Shown: piece after piece, positions 61,945-64,000 of the stretch | Layout of the letters: every line of letters begins with the position of its first letter | Position numbering within the stretch: the first letter of the stretch is position 1 | Origin: Camelus dromedarius | Taxonomy: Eukaryota | DNA: 64,000 bases | Direction: 5' to 3' | NCBI RefSeq assembly: GCF_036321535.1 | Contig: NC_087453.1 | Span: 24,738,001 to 24,802,000, forward strand | Position numbers and translations under genes: made by a program | The notes under the pieces: model-generated | Databases searched by the model: none | Told to the model about the DNA's origin: nothing | The model's input: the letters and a program-made list of their open reading frames with translations, nothing else

Positions 61945-63000
61945 ATGGGACCTGGAAGCCACAGACTTTGAAGGAATTCATGAATAAAATTCACGGATTC
62001 TACAAACTTGGATGGGAACAAAAACTTTTTAAAAAGCTAATTATTTGAAATTAATATTTACTTCCTTTAAAAAAAAAGTTTACAGTTTTATGATGTACAG
62101 TTGGCATACAATGAGCCAAATGACATAAAATGGAAATTTGTTTGTTTGTTTAATAAAGGAGAAGTAGCTGCTTCTCTCTTCACCTTAGAGTGTCTCTTAA
62201 CAATGTCATAGGCCTGAACATTTGGTTAGGAATTAGATAAACCCAGTCTCTGAATTTTACAGTAAAGCCTTCTGACCTTAGAACTCTATTCATGAACCTG
62301 TGAAATTAACTCAGGATGAGGTGGATGGGAAACTATCACAAGTTTCATTCGTCTCCCAAGGAAATGAGAGAAAATTTAATTGTTTTTTCTTCTTTTTTAC
62401 ATATATAAAATATGTGAAATGCAGCCCAGACTTTGTAATGTCTTATGGAGTACCTGTATGTTTGTAATCTAATCGCATTTTCAATAATAGTGTTTTATCT
62501 CTCCTCTGTTGGTGCATAAAGTTCTTTCTGTTGGCAGGACTCCTTATTTCTCCAACATTACACATATTTAAAGTGTACAATTTGATGAGATTTGACATAT
62601 TTATATACCCATGAAACCATCACCACCATCAATTTAGTGAACATATCTATCATCTCTCCCCCAAAGTGTGCCTTTTGTAATTTCCTTCCTTTTTAAATAT
62701 TGGCCACAAATGACAATGGTATTAGCAGGTGACTTGGGTCACCAAAAGGAATTATGGGTATTTTAATATCATGATAAGAGTTGATACAGATAATCTCAGA
62801 TTATCATCTATGCATGATACCACTTAAATGTTGTATTTATTTACTGAAACATTTGTTTAATAATAATTATACTCCAATATTATTGGGACTTTAGTGTAAC
62901 CCTGTGTATCTTTAAAAACATTGTTCTGGCCTATGAACTATGAAGACCAGACAGCCCAAAGAGTCACCGGCCTGAAGCAGGTTAAGTGCCCATGTTCTAA
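61945..63000 (+). mobile_element. Interrupted hAT-Charlie-like DNA element (Charlie4-type), two pieces at about 61945-62070 and 62700-63000
   Basis: caaacttggatgggaacaaaaa and ggtattagcaggtgacttgggtcacc...tttaaaaacattgttctg resemble the remembered consensus; family assignment tentative. Confidence 0.45.
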
Positions 63001-63759
63001 AGAAACAGAACAGCCTCATGTGTGAGACCCTTGTGTTGTGGCCTATAGGGCTCTTCCACAGGGAAGTCCCCATCTGTCCCCCTCAGAAGCAAGCCAAGAG
63101 GTGGATGTGCACAGAACTTCCCTGATGCTTCTTATTGCCTCACTCTTAATGCAAACACAGTTCACCAGACATTTGGGGAACGCCTACAACATAAAAAAGA
63201 AGCTAGATAAGCAAACAGCAAGAAATAGTTTCAGAGGAAGACCATGCAGGGAAAATAAGAGAATTTTTTTTTAAATTAAAAGGCTTTCTAATTACTTTTC
63301 TCAGTAATGAGGTTCAGAAAGATATCACATCCATAAAGATACATTAAAGTGAGAAAAGCAAGGACAGATGTGTAATAAGCTGATAATTTTTGTGCAAACA
63401 ATTACTTGGTTCCCTTGGAATAGAAACTGCATGGTTGAGGCACAAAGGTGGAAGTCAAGGATGTATAGCTGCTGTATTGCATATTTTAAAATAAAGATGT
63501 TAAAAAGTAAAAAAAAAAGAAACAGAAAACAAGAATAGATTATCCGAAAATAAACGTATTATTCCTTACGTTAAAAATTAATTAGAAGATCTGGAAAATA
63601 AAGTTAAGGAATTAAGGAACCTAAAAGAAGGACAAAATAAAGGAACAGAAAAGGGAAGATACAGGGAATCTAGTCGCTCTGCACAAAAAAGAAGCAGGGT
63701 ACTTAGGATTTGTTGGTTAGTTCCAGAAGTGGGAGGCATGGTGGGTGCTGTGGACTAGT

Positions 63760-64000
63760 GTGGTAGATTGCCCTGACTTTTTGACCCATCCTTTATTCAT
63801 ACCCTTGCAAGAGATAGAGTCTATTTCCACTGCCCTTGAATCTGGGCCAGCCTCATGACTTGCTTTGGTTAATACAATTTGGTAGAAGTAATGTGCCATT
63901 TTGGAGCCTAGGCCTGAAGAGCATTTTGCTCCCTCTTTGAAAGCTGCCTAGCCTAGGCTAGGCCACTGGAGGAGGAGAGACCACGTGGAGCAGAGAGGAT
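63760..64000 (+). mobile_element. ERVL-MaLR LTR (MLT1-type), runs off the window
   Basis: tgtggtagattg...cccttgaatctgggccagcctcatgacttgctttggttaat...ctaggcctgaagag. Confidence 0.75.

Noticed and set aside
1-64000. CRISPR array, prophage, operon-like system or MAVS exons
   Set aside because: No regularly spaced repeat-spacer array or prokaryotic genes, and no MAVS coding sequence or further CpG island seen after AP5S1.

Overview
Mammalian genomic DNA syntenic with human 20p13. Gene order: the 3' half of HSPA12B (+), ADISSP/C20orf27 (-), SPEF1 (-), the intronless pogo-transposase-derived gene CENPB (-), CDC25B (+, 16 exons) and AP5S1 (+), then about 9 kb of repeat-rich DNA. MAVS follows in human synteny but none of it is visible here. 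A tRNA-derived SINE family with head GGGGAGGGTATAGCTCA(A)GTGGTAGAG points to a camelid (inference). All exon chains were built by hand, have GT-AG boundaries and give full-length reading frames. No prokaryotic-type system such as CRISPR is present. Most interesting observations: (1) four degenerate copies of the SPEF1 exon 1/donor junction inside its own TG-rich intron 1; (2) a candidate alternative CDC25B first exon next to the CENPB promoter whose ATG-CGC-AG splices in frame to exon 2; (3) an in-frame 41-codon acidic extension or 14-codon cassette in CDC25B intron 8; (4) a 21-nt shortening of CDC25B exon 2; (5) an AP-1 site cluster downstream of CDC25B; (6) a tailless SINE with a target-site duplication (TSD); (7) N-runs that exactly preserve coding length, so they look like masking rather than assembly gaps. 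Comparisons with human or mouse proteins are from memory and need confirming by alignment.
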